Below are positions 22,631 through 35,619 of a stretch of DNA of 37,940 nt, one piece after another (the stretch's first letter is position 1; each line of letters opens with the position of its first letter). The notes under the pieces are model-generated. The model was not told the origin of the DNA. It was given only the letters and a program-made list of their open reading frames with translations, and ran no database searches. A program made the translations under genes and the position numbers. Source of the DNA: Octopus sinensis (lineage: Eukaryota); the NCBI RefSeq assembly GCF_006345805.1, contig NW_021835904.1, positions 1-37,940 on the forward strand, written 5' to 3'.

Positions 22631-24362
22631 TGCTTAGTGCCTTTATAAAGATGCCTTCAGTTCGGCAGGTGCTCTGGTGAAAGGCACAGACGTCATATAA
22701 TCACTTTCTCATATTTCGTAAATTTGTAAACCTTTCGCCTAATAAAACCATTATTCGACATACCTAAAAACAAGATATAATCTCCCGCTAAATCGAGTTT
22801 CCCATTCAGTTTCAATTTCTGTTGAAACAGTTCTTTATTTCGCATAATTTCCTCCGTCTTCTACTTCTTATTTCCTCAATCTTTCAATCCTTGGACCTTC
22901 TGTCTCATCAGCGAAAGCTACCGAGCGTCTTATTGTGACGCTAAGTTCTAGCGAAGGAAGTTGTTTAGCCCTGGGTAGTCAGTCAGCCAGACCTACAACG
23001 AAAAAGCTTTATATAGCTGTGATTATCATTAAATATCAAGAATTACATTATCCAGTGAGCCCTCTCTTTTTTAAATACGCCACTGTGGGAGTTGAAGCAG
23101 ATTTGACTGCTATTTCTAATAGATCGGAGGCTTGTGCAGACAGACGTTCCCTTAGGAGAGTATAGAAAAGCTTGGTTTCGAATCTCGAGCTGGTATCTCT
23201 TCTCTTTCTCTGACGATTTGGTTGACTGTTCCTGAGAAAGACGAAACTTCACAAATTCACAGAGGTTTCTTACTATAAATAAATTAACTGGCCTAAAAAA
23301 ATTTAAGCCCTATAGTTTGATATTAATTTTATTATAACTAAATATTTAAGACTCTACAATACGGTTAACACCGGCACCAGTCAAAAACCACCTCCAGTAG
23401 CAGTAGTGGCAGCAGCTATAATGCTGTTAATACAACTACGAAGCACAACCAAGTAACATCATTAGAGAGAAGGAAAGAACCGCTCACGCGCTCTAACACA
23501 CGCACACACACATACACAGCAACCCTGAAGGATAATTGCTTCCTTTCTTTTTGTAACAACTGCCACTGCTACTCTTGTGGATACTACTGCTGCTGCTGCT
23601 GCTTGGTGGACTAAGCTGCTCCTTAGAGCAGTACTGCTTCTGCTGTTACTACCACTATTATTGCTGTTACTGTTACTACTATTACTAATACTACATGTTC
23701 TTTAACCAAGTATACGCAGGAACATGTAACCACTCTCTTGCTCTCACACACACACACCCTAATACATGCACACACACAGACACCGACGTGCATTTACATA
23801 CATACAGACAGACAGACAGGCACTCAGTCCATCCACGCATACTCTGTCGATCGACACACACGCACTTATTATACACACACTCTCACACACATAGCCATGT
23901 GCGCAGACTGGGTACACTGGTGTAACGGTACAAATGTTTACATGGATACTTAAACTTACACGCTACACATGTTTAGAAAGCTCTGCGAGCCTGTGTGTAT
24001 GTTTGTGTGTGTATCCAGATCCTGTGGAGAGAGAGAAAGCGAGTGCTCGCTTTACCAAGCAAGTTACAAATGCCCACAATTTTCACGCATACACACAGCC
24101 AGCTAAAACTACACGGCAGTGTTCTAGTGAGCATATAGCCTCTACATTCGTCTTATTAATACACAAGGTGCTCCTGTGCACACAGACACACTATATGTCC
24201 CCCACGCACACATTAAAACGTGTAGCAGCTTCGTATACATGTATACATATGCTTTGCTTGGTGTATTGTAAAAGCATGTAGCCAAGCCGGCTGGAAGCTG
24301 CTAAATATCTCACTTCATATTCGAAACGAGAAACCGCGCAGAAAAGAAGGATATATTTATAT

Positions 24363-24393
<31 letters not shown>

Positions 24394-24480
24394 CCACACT
24401 GTTTCAATATTACAATATACATATTGATATGTACATAACACATACATATATATAAATACATGCGTGAAAGCCATTTCTTA

Positions 24481-24585
<105 letters not shown>

Positions 24586-24588
24586 TTA

Positions 24589-24810
<222 letters not shown>

Positions 24811-26099
24811 TCATAAAAGCGCCATCGGATTTACGTTTACTCGATTATTATACTACAGGAAATGAAACGGAAAGGAGCTAAAGAGAAGCGTGAAAATTGC
24901 TCGAAATCTTGCTTATACTTTGGATTTAACCACAAAACAAACCACTAATTAATCATTCCATTAAAAAAAAGCGAACCAAGAGGAATGCTATTACATACAC
25001 GTATGTGTGTATGAATATATACATACATATATATGTGTACATATAATTAGTATATTATATATATATTATACATATATATGTTTATTTAAATTTATTATCT
25101 TTACCCATGTATATATATATATGTTTATTATACACACACACAGTCAAGCTTTTTGATATACGTGTGTAGATATTAAATATATATATAATATATATGCATA
25201 TATGCGTTGTATACCATCATATGCTGCTTACACACAACACATGCAATTTTAAAAAGAAAAAAAAGCTTTCGGAGGAAATCAACCAACCAAGGATTACAAA
25301 ACAACACCAAAGGAAGAAGCAACGATATTTTTGTTTAATTAATTGATCTGTCTTTTTTTTTTTTTGTTTTAATGAGTTGTGGTGGCCAATTAAGAATGGG
25401 TGACGTAAAAGATACAACCTAAAAAAAAAGGCGATTGTTATGTTTGTGATTCATTTTATCAATATTTTTTAGATACCAATGTGGCGATAGAGTGGCTTTT
25501 TTAGTGCATGTGATATCTTAGTTTAGAATTATCCTTTTCTGAGCATTAATTTATAAGTATTAAGGAGAGAATATATATATAAAAGTTATATCCCCCCCAC
25601 TTTAAAAAAAAAAACCCATTTACATACACGTTTGTGTTTATAGTTCAGTTTGCTGATCTCTCTAAATTCTATTGTTTCTGATTAATTTTAGGTATTGTTT
25701 TTTTTTTGTGTGTGTGTGTGTGTGTGTATCTGTTAAGTTAGATTAATTAAAAGCAATTTTCGCTTTTGTTTTAAAAACTTGAAACTAATAAGAAAGAAAG
25801 AAAGAAAGAAATAAAAAAGAGAAATAAATATTGTTCGTGTAGCTGTGCGTGTGGGACGTGGCACACTTGTATGTGGCCGCAGCAGTCAAGCAGAAGCCTC
25901 GCCGCCAGTTGAACTACCACGACTATTGCTTTGCTACCATCTCGCTGGTTTACCTCTACCAGCTACTCACCACACTACTACCGTTGCTGTTCAAGCGAAC
26001 TGCTCTAGCGTGTGTATATGTGTGTGTGTGTATGTGTATATGTGTCTATGCAGTGATGTTCACATCTAGTAGTGTGTAGATGTGCGCGCCTCACTTGCC

Positions 26100-26470
26100 C
26101 TTCCTCATACTTTCCCCCCTTTAATCTACTCTTACTTTTCTTCGTTTCTTCTGCATTCCCCTCTCTCTTCTTTCCTTCCCTATCGAACGAATCCACTTTC
26201 TGTTCCTAGCTTAGTCTCTTTCTTTCCCCCTCTCTCTGTCTCTTTATCACCCTTTCTCTTTTTAACTTGCTTTCTATCTTTCTCTCTCTCTATCTCTCTC
26301 TCCCCCTACACACACACATACATATATACATACACGAGCACACTCTGTTTCTGTCACACATACACACACTCACTCTCTCTTTCTTGCTCTCCCTCTCTCT
26401 CTGTTTCCTATCTGTCTCTGTCCACCTTTGTCAGTCACTCAGTGAGTCGTTGCGTCAGTTGGTCGTGCTG
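26100..26470 (+). promoter_or_regulatory. Candidate PBX core promoter: CT-rich tract followed by clustered Initiator-like TCAGT motifs
   Basis: (CT)n-rich 26100-26430. TCAGTC 26431, TCAGTG 26439, TCAGTT 26455, followed by GGTCG 26461. No TATA box seen. The TSS is inferred, not demonstrated. Confidence 0.4.
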
Positions 26471-26768
26471 GAGTGGAGGAGGTTGGTGCCCCCACTACCA
26501 TTAATACCACCCTACTACACCGCCTCCACTGCCACCACCACCACCGCCGCCGCCAGCACCACCACCACCACTAATAATACCAGCGCCACTACTACTACTA
26601 ATACAAGCAATACTATCACCGCTACTACTTTAGCCTATTGCTATCGCCATCGCAACCACCACCACCACCCCCACCACCACTACCACCACTACCATTACTA
26701 TCACTGTTGCCCATACCATCGCCGCTGCCACCGCTGCTACCATTCTCGCCAACAACATCACCAATACC
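26471..26768 (+). other. Probable PBX 5' UTR rich in CAC/TAC/CGC trinucleotide repeats
   Basis: No ATG between 26083 and 26768, so 26769 is the first ATG. Strong context accATGG. Confidence 0.55.
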
Positions 26769-27010
26769 ATGGACGATCAACAAAGACTGATGCATCCCCA
26801 GCAAGCTGGAGGAGGTCCCGTGAGTATGTCGGCGGGGATGCCGCCGCAACACGGCTACATGCCGCCGGGGGCCGGAGGAGGTGGTGGCGGTGGAGGCGGT
26901 GGTGGTGGAGGCCCCGATGACCATCAGGAACAACGAAAACAGGAAATCAGCGATATTTTACAACAAATTATGACCATAACCGACCAAAGTCTGGATGAAG
27001 CTCAGGCAAG
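26769..27010 (+). CDS. pbx: PBX/extradenticle TALE-class homeobox cofactor, coding exon 1 (N-terminus and start of PBC-A domain)
   Basis: MDDQQRLMH and [26 protein letters not shown] match PBX1 (MDEQPRLMH; [26 protein letters not shown]). Donor AG|GTTAGT at 27010/27011, phase 2 within the Arg codon; from recollection this is the same position as vertebrate PBX1 intron 1. Confidence 0.97.
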
Positions 27011-28104
27011 GTTAGTATTGTTTGTTTCGTGTTTTTATTTTGTTTTAAAAACATATATTTTCTTTTTATGTCAGTCAATCGGTTTTATTACTCCGTGTAT
27101 CTGTTTATATGTATTTATTTATCTATCTATCCATCTGTCTGTTTATCAATACCTCTAGCAATTTGCTGTGTCTGCCTTCATATATATATATATATCTCAC
27201 ACTCCCGTCTAATTCATTTATTCGCCAATACATATACATACATACATACACGCGCGCGAGCGAGCCATGTACACATACTTGTTGGTGCTCCAGCATTGCC
27301 GTAAACGCATTTTCTTATAATTCACTAATGGACTGTCCATCTTAACTACCATCATGTTTTCTAGGTTGTTGTTGGTTGGTAGTGGGGATGATGTAAAGCA
27401 CACATTCTATCCCCCCATTCAGATTCTCTCTCTCTCTCTCATATTATATACTCTATCACCAAGTTCTCATATACACCAAGTCCAGCTCCCATACGGAAAT
27501 GGACATCACACTTGAACATTTTAATGCTGCACACCCCTCTAATATATGTGATTTCCGTGTGTACATTTTCGTATTTATGTCTTGTATTCACACGCGCTCA
27601 TTCGTTTATTTTGTAGATATCAATTAATACATACAACACAAACGTGCACTTAAATTTGTGCACATCTATCTATCCTTATATTTATTTATTTATTATTAAA
27701 TCCATTTTACACATTTCTCTATATCTTCTCTACACACTTTAGCTTGTTTATCTTTACAAACACGCATACATGCAAACAAATCCCTTGTTTGTATGTCTCA
27801 AGATTCATTCAGTTACTCAGAGATCTCTCTCTCACGCACACACACACACACACACACAACATTGTCACACGAGAGAGAAAGAGTTCGCCTTGCATTGGAG
27901 GAAAATAATATTAGGAGGAGGCAAAAAAAAAATAATTTAAATAGTAGTTCAATAACAAGAAGGCAGTACAACTCATATTTTGTTATGATCATTTTACTAA
28001 AATATTGCATTGAGTCAACGGCAAAACCTCTGCTGAAAATAATAACCAAATCTCTCTCTCTTACTCAAATCTCACCTTTCTCCCCCTTAGATAAGGATAA
28101 GGAA

Positions 28105-31100
28105 AAGGATATGGGATGGTCAAGGCTGGAAAGATTTTGGTCATCAGTCTGCTCGTTCAACTCTGATCTCAGAGTTCAGCAACAACCACCAACACCACCA
28201 CAACAATGCCAGTAACATCGAATGCACTTAATGCAATCGTTAATAATAATAATAAATAATTAAACGTTTGTCTGCTGTTTAGATGCTTTTACTAAACAGA
28301 TTCGAGAGGAAAATAATAAATGCATATAAGAATAATAAAGGAAATGAAGAAAACAAATAAATGAGATTCCTTGCCAAGTAGCTTCTTTCAGCATCAACAT
28401 CAAGCACGAGGAAGCATCCTTGTGGTTGTTTAACCTGCTAGAAATAGCAACCAAATCTCAAAGTGTAACCCCCTACGTGTTCAGTAACGAAGGATGATGT
28501 AGTTAGTCCAATCCGTGGTACACTAATTGATAGGATGGTCACGGCTGGTAACTAGCTTGATCGAAATTTAAAAAAAAAGGTCTGCTCCATCGAGGCTGAC
28601 CTAGGCGCTTTAAACATCAACATAATGGTGCTGATGATAGTGAGTTAGGAGATAATGCTGCCGATCTTGTTTATAATATAACTTTCTCTCTCTCTCTCTC
28701 TCTGTCCCCTCCTGTGTTAGAATCCTCCTTGTTTTTATTAATAAGATGAACCTAAGCCGCTTCCCTTTCCTAATATAATATATGTATGTGTGCACACAGA
28801 CACACACACGCTTGGTACTTATCCCCTCAGCCTTACCTACCTGCTCATCAGCCTTCCCTGCCTGCCTTGACTTGTCCTACATTGTTTAGCGTGGTCAGTG
28901 GAGGGTCAGCTATAGCAGTTGCTTCTAAGAGAATGGGTTCCCAGCCCACTAATGGCTTTATCGTTTTATTTATTTTATTTCTAAACCAACGACCGCTTTA
29001 CGGTGCCCAATTCTAAAAGCATGGCTGACAGGCACTGAATAATAACAATGATGAGACTTGCCTTACAAATGTAGCTATATATAGTATACAAAATATCTAC
29101 ATCCTATATGTGTATTATATATATACATATATATATATGAATGAATGTGCGCGTAAATGTACGTGTGTATATGTGTATGCACGTGTATGTATATATGTAT
29201 GTACGTATATGTGTGTGTAGAGAGAGTGGGGAAGAAACAAACGGGAGTATATACATACATATTTCTTTCTTCACTCTGTGAAATTTTATAAAGAAAATGA
29301 TTGTGGTTATTATTACTATTAGCGTCATCACTACGAGTATCTTCAACCTCCTTTTGTGAGAAGAATATAGAACCGGAAGAATCACGGGGAAATATCAAGA
29401 TTTGTCTGCAGTGGCCGTTTAAGACATTTTTTCTTTTTAGTGGCCTGTCTGTACGTGTGTGTGTCTTTGAATAAAAGAAAGACGAAGAGATGAAAATCTT
29501 GGCTGTAAAATGTCATGCGAAATTTGTTAATACCGTATGGTCGGTTTGGTATTTTAAAGTCTTTTCTTTTAAACAGGGATAACAGCATAATAGAATAGGA
29601 ATTTTTTTCCCCCTCGTCTTTTCTCCTACAGTTTAGTTTCTAGTTAGTTTTAGCATTATTATACTACCACCACGGTTGTTACAGGGCTGAGTGTTTGAAT
29701 ATTTGTAGCTAGCGACACAAATATTTATAACTCACTATATATATATATATATAAATATATATTTACACACAACACTCACACATTATAGCACATTCGTAAC
29801 CCCGTTTTGATTTTCAAGAAAAAACACAAAACACCATTTTTATGCTAATTAAATATGCCATAGGGAATGAAAATGAAGGAGCTCTGTTCCTACGTGGTCG
29901 CTCGACCTGCTAGAAATAGCCAAATTTCCTAAAATCACATCCTGGAAAGTTCATATTAGATGCATGCAAATTACATGTCTCGTATACAGGATGGTCAAGG
30001 CTGGAATGCCTTTAACCATAAATTTACAAATCCGGTCTTACTTTGGAGAAGGGGGCTAAGCATAATGAATGAATGGTCGTTAATTCTCACCCATAAAACT
30101 CTGCTACACATGCAGAGAAAATATACACACCTATTGTACGTAATTATATAAATATAGATGTTGTATAACCCGAGGTCAGCTACCGTCAAGCGGATTTGTC
30201 GTGGAAAGACATTCCAGTCGTGACCATACTATCTTATTTTGAAACAGTGCATAAGAACTGGATTTCTTATTCAAGGCGAGCTAATGACGGTTGCCTGTAG
30301 GAGTTTAGAAATAGCTACGAAATCTTCCTCAAATCGCAACCTGCAGTCTTAAATACGGAAAGAATAGATACATCGTCTTGATAGAGTCATGGCTGGAATG
30401 AGTTTTCACACGGTTGCTCTGGGGGTTAAAACAACATAATCCACTGTCCCTACAGCTTTTTAAAGAGGACAGGGTTTGGCTTTGCTCGTTAATGTTTTTT
30501 TTTTTTCAGTCGTACAAAAACATACAGCACTAATTGAAATCAATATTAATAATGAAAACGTTCAGCCACACACACACACATGTAAACTATGTACTTGGTT
30601 TACGTCTAGGAAATATTGAAAAAGGAAATGCATTTTGATTGGAAGAAAATATGTGAAAATTGTTTATTGTTCGCTAAGCACTCGCATAAAATGTATGAAA
30701 GGGAGTCGTCGCCGTCGTGTTCCTGAAGGTGGCGGTTAACAGAATATCTTTTTAGAATGGTGTTGGCTATTAAACCATATTTTAAATTTACTCAAGACAT
30801 CCATATTCTTCAAAAGTATCAAACTTAACCCCTTCTCTCACTCTCTCTCTCTTTCACACACACACACACACACTCACACACATTACTTACTCCCTTCTAA
30901 CGAAGAAGCTAAGTGCATTCAATCGACCTGCTAGAAAGAGCAGTCAAATATTCAGAAAATTATACCCTACAGTCTTTAAGCACAGTTCATATGAGATAAT
31001 GTAGGTCATGATATACGGAAAGACAGGATAGCCATGGTTGGAATTCCTTCGATAATAGGTCTGCTTTGATCAAGGCTGAATTTGGACTGAACTTCCAAGA

Positions 31101-32490
31101 AATATAACGCCGTTCATTTCTCTTGATAGTTCTTATTGTATTTTCGCTTCATTCTTCACGTGGATTGTGAAATTATATCTTATTTATTATCTATTCTCAA
31201 AAATCTTTGTATTAAAACAGAAAATATTCGAGGAAACCAGGGATTTTCTGAATCGGCTTATAATATAAATTACTGTTTGAATTGAATTGTGTGTATGTGT
31301 GTATGTATGGGCGATGACCCCAAAATGGTCAGGCAAAACCCTCTTGACTAGAAAGAACCATTTCAAAAATGTTTCGTATAGATGGATATATGTCATCCAC
31401 CTGAACTTCATACGATTTTTTTTTTTTAAACTATTCCCCTGACAGAGCTGGTTTGGTTTGGTTTCGCTGGCGTCGCTAATACAGCCTTGGCGCTTAACCA
31501 CCACCACCTTTCTCAGTATCTCCCCTAGTTTCTCTCCCCATCTATCTATCTATCTTTTTATCTATCTATCCATCTTTCTATCTATCCATCTATCTGTCTG
31601 TCCATCTAGTCATTCTCACACACTGTATATACATACCACATACATACGTACGCACTTCAATGTTTTCCCCTCTTTCTGTCTGTCTCTCTTTCTTTCTCTC
31701 TGTCTCTATGGTTTCATAGCTGCGAATTTTTAATCGGTTTTAATTGCTTTGCAGGAAGGGAGGGAATTGCCATTAGTGTTATTGATCTGTTCTACCATAG
31801 TTATTATTGTCACTTGGAAGGTAGAGGAGACAGACAAGAGAATGAGAAACAGAGGTTGACTGTCTTGTTGATGATGATAATAATAATAATAATGATGATG
31901 AGATAGTGGTGGTGGTTCAAGCATATTTTTTTCTCTTCATTATTTTTTTTATCTGCAAACGTCATTTTTTTTTTTAATTTTGGCTTTTCTTGACGAATCT
32001 TCTGGTCTACCTACCTCTCTACCATGGCTGGATTTTTTTACATTTTAAATATCTCTTAAGGGAATTTTTGGCGGACTTTCGGAGTAGCTGTCACGATTGA
32101 AATGAATTTGTTTGTTCACTGATATGAAGTTTTTCAACTCAACTTTTGTACATCTATAAGACCTACCTTATACTGACTGTGTTAGCCGGCTCTCTTCTCA
32201 CGTCAGTTATACATACACCAGACAACTTTCCCTCTTTGTCTGACTTACAAAAAAAATGTGTAAAGCCTTCTCCAAATAAATAATTGGTATAATATTTTGA
32301 TAGGTTCCCCTATTTTTTCTTCTTGATGTCTGTCTTTGAGCTGGGCTGGAGGTTCTTCAACCCTCCGGTCATTTCGTATATTGAAAAATTACATTATCAT
32401 TATCCGGTGTTTCTACTCTTTAAGACACCACGATGTGATTTGATTTGAGTGGAGTTTGATGGTTACTATTTCTAGCAGGTCGAGCCACAA
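28105..32490. repeat. Cluster of an old dispersed repeat (family E): copies at about 28105-28145(+), 28430-28605(+), 29893-30025(+), 30165-30240(-), 30290-30410(+), 30920-31085(+), 32465-32490(-)
   Basis: Shared motifs TCGACCTGCTAGAAATAGC and GGATGGTCANGGCTGGAA. Further copies at about 2025-2070, 2190-2555, 21660-21820 and 23030-23125. Confidence 0.7.
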
Positions 32491-32929
32491 TGTAGAGGCT
32501 TCCTCCAAGTCTGTCTTTATTATTATTATTATTATTATAATTATTTTTTATTTATGTAGATATTGTTTTACCTCAGATCATATCGGATCGAATTTAGCTT
32601 TTGATCAAAATTGTTTCAGCTGTGTCCATCTCGTCTCGTCTTTTTGTATATTCAGGGATCACACTACACTGTTCAGTGTATCCTCACACTCCCTCCCATT
32701 AATTTTGATTTGATGGTGATTTGGTTTCTGTTATTAACAGGTCAATTGATGTCCATAGGTGCTTACAGATTTGACATACCTTCAATTTGCGCTCTTTTTT
32801 GGCAAATTTATTAGAGATTTACACAGCCCTTTGGAGAAGACAAGCTAGAATGCTGCATACACACTCTATTTTACTGAAGCCATAGTATTTTACTCTACCT
32901 TTGGTATTCGAGTACTTTTGCATCTGTTT

Positions 32930-35085
32930 ACTTCGTGTGTGTATGTATATGTATATATATATATATATGTATGTATGTATGTATATATATATGTGTATGT
33001 ATGTATATGTATATATATGTATATATATGTATGTATGTGTGTGTATGTGTATGTATGTATATGTGTATATATGTATATATATGTATATGTGTATATATGT
33101 ATATGTGTATATATGTATATATATGTATATGTGTATATATGTATATATATGTATATGTGTATATATGTATATATATATATATATGTGTATATATGTATAT
33201 ATATATATATGTGTATATATGTATATATATATATATGTGTATATATGTATATATATATATATGTGTATATGTGTATAATGTATATATATATATATGTGTA
33301 TATATGTATATATATATATATGTGTATATATGTATATATATATATATGTGTATATATGTATATATATATATATGTGTATATATGTATATATATGTGTATA
33401 TATGTATATATATGTGTATATATGTATATATATGTGTATATATGTATATATATGTGTATATATGTATATATATGTGTATATATTAATATATATGTGTAAT
33501 ATGTATATATATGTGTATATATGTATATATATGTTATATATAATATATATATATGTGTATATATAATATATATATATGTGTATATATAATATATATATAG
33601 TGTATATATAATATTATATGTGTATATATCATATGTAGATATGGATATATATATATGTGTATATATACATGTATATAATATACATATGTAGATATGGGAT
33701 ATATATATATGTGTATATATATATATATGTGTATATATACATGTATATATATACATATGTAGATATGGGATATGTATACATATGTATATATATATATGTA
33801 TGCATATGTATACATATATGCATGTGTATATATATATGTATATATGTATGCATATGTATACATATGAATATATATGTATACATATATTACATATGTATAC
33901 AAATATATACATATGTATATATATATACACATATATATATATATACATATGTATATATATATACACATATATATATATATCATATGTATATATATATACA
34001 CACATATATATATATACATATGGTATATATATACACATATATATATTGTATATATATTATATATATATGTATATATATACATGTATATATATAATATGTA
34101 TATATATATGTATATATATGTATATGTATACTATATATATGCATATGTATATATATATATATGCATATGTATATATATATATACAATGTATATCTATATA
34201 TGCATATGTATATATAATCATATGTATTATATATGCATATATATATTATAGATATATATAATTATGCAGTATGTATATGTATATATATATATGTGTATAT
34301 ATATGCATATGTATATATATGTATATATTTGTATTTATATTATGCATATGTATGTATATATATCATATGTGTATATATATATGCCATAAAATAATATACA
34401 AATGTATATAATATATGCATTTTATATATATATATCATGTATATATATATATAGTGTAATATATATATGCATATGTATATATATATGCTATTATGTATAT
34501 ATATATATATATGTGTATATATATATATGTATATATATTATATATATATATAATGTATATATAATATGCATCTGTCTATATATATACTATATGTATATAT
34601 ATATATTGCATAATTATAATATATATATATGTGTATATATATATGCATATGTATATATTATATTATGTATGTATATATATATATGCATATGTATATATAA
34701 TATATGGTTATATATATATGCATATGTATGTATATATATGCATATGTGTATATATATATGCATATGTATGTATATATATTATGCATATGTATTATATATA
34801 TGCATATGTATATTATATATGCATCTGTATATATATATATGCATATGTTTTATATACAATATATATATATATATAATATGTATATATATATTCACACCGT
34901 ATATATATATGCATATGTGTATATATATATATATATGTGATATTATACATATGTATATATACATGCATATGTAATATATATATACATTTATATATATATA
35001 CACATGTATACACACACACACATACATGCATATGTATATATATATAATTTATATATATACACATGTATACACACACACACATACA

Positions 35086-35122
<37 letters not shown>

Positions 35123-35135
35123 TATGTATATATTC
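32930..35135. repeat. About 2.2-kb compound (TA)/(TG)/(CA) alternating purine-pyrimidine microsatellite
   Basis: Directly visible. It is the source of all YI/CI/VY-rich pseudo-ORFs here. Confidence 0.97.
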
Positions 35136-35619
35136 ACGCGCACTTTGCTGTTTTTGATGTTTCATATCCGACCTGGGTCAATAAAATATGTTCCAATTTT
35201 TAAGTATTGGATGTTATATCCTCTCCAGATTTGTGCCATTGTGTCACGTTAGAGAAACACTTGAGGACAGTTGGATCGGAAGTTTCAGTAGAACCTTATA
35301 ATATACAGTCGCCTTTACATTCCTGGTTCAAATCCTGCTCCGAAGGATATCTTACTTTTCGGTGTTCCTGTGTAAAGAACTAACTCCTATATAATCTAGT
35401 TTTTTCTCTTCACCAGAAAAACGAAAGAAAAAGGGGAAAAAAGACAGTAACCTTTTGCTTTTGATAGAAACCGTTACTTTCATCTATTAAAAAAAATTGC
35501 CTAGATTTCACCTATTACCCAACCGTTTTGGGTATTCTGTTGCTATACTGAACCTAACGTCTTTGGCCCGTCTCAATAATAATAATAATAATAATTACCA
35601 TTTTCTTATTTTATTTTGC

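Noticed and set aside
26431-26465. Canonical Inr+DPE promoter
   Set aside because: GGTCG lies at +29 to +33 from the first Inr adenine, one base off the strict +28 spacing, so only a generic Inr-like cluster is reported.
26625-26933. 102-aa antisense ORF over PBX exon 1
   Set aside because: It is a by-product of GC-rich codons and trinucleotide repeats, with no recognisable domain.
27011-27158. ORF continuation to 129 aa as the real PBX C-terminus
   Set aside because: PBX similarity stops exactly at a GT donor at the conserved intron position, and the continuation is AT-rich intronic sequence. An intron-retained isoform has no support without RNA data.
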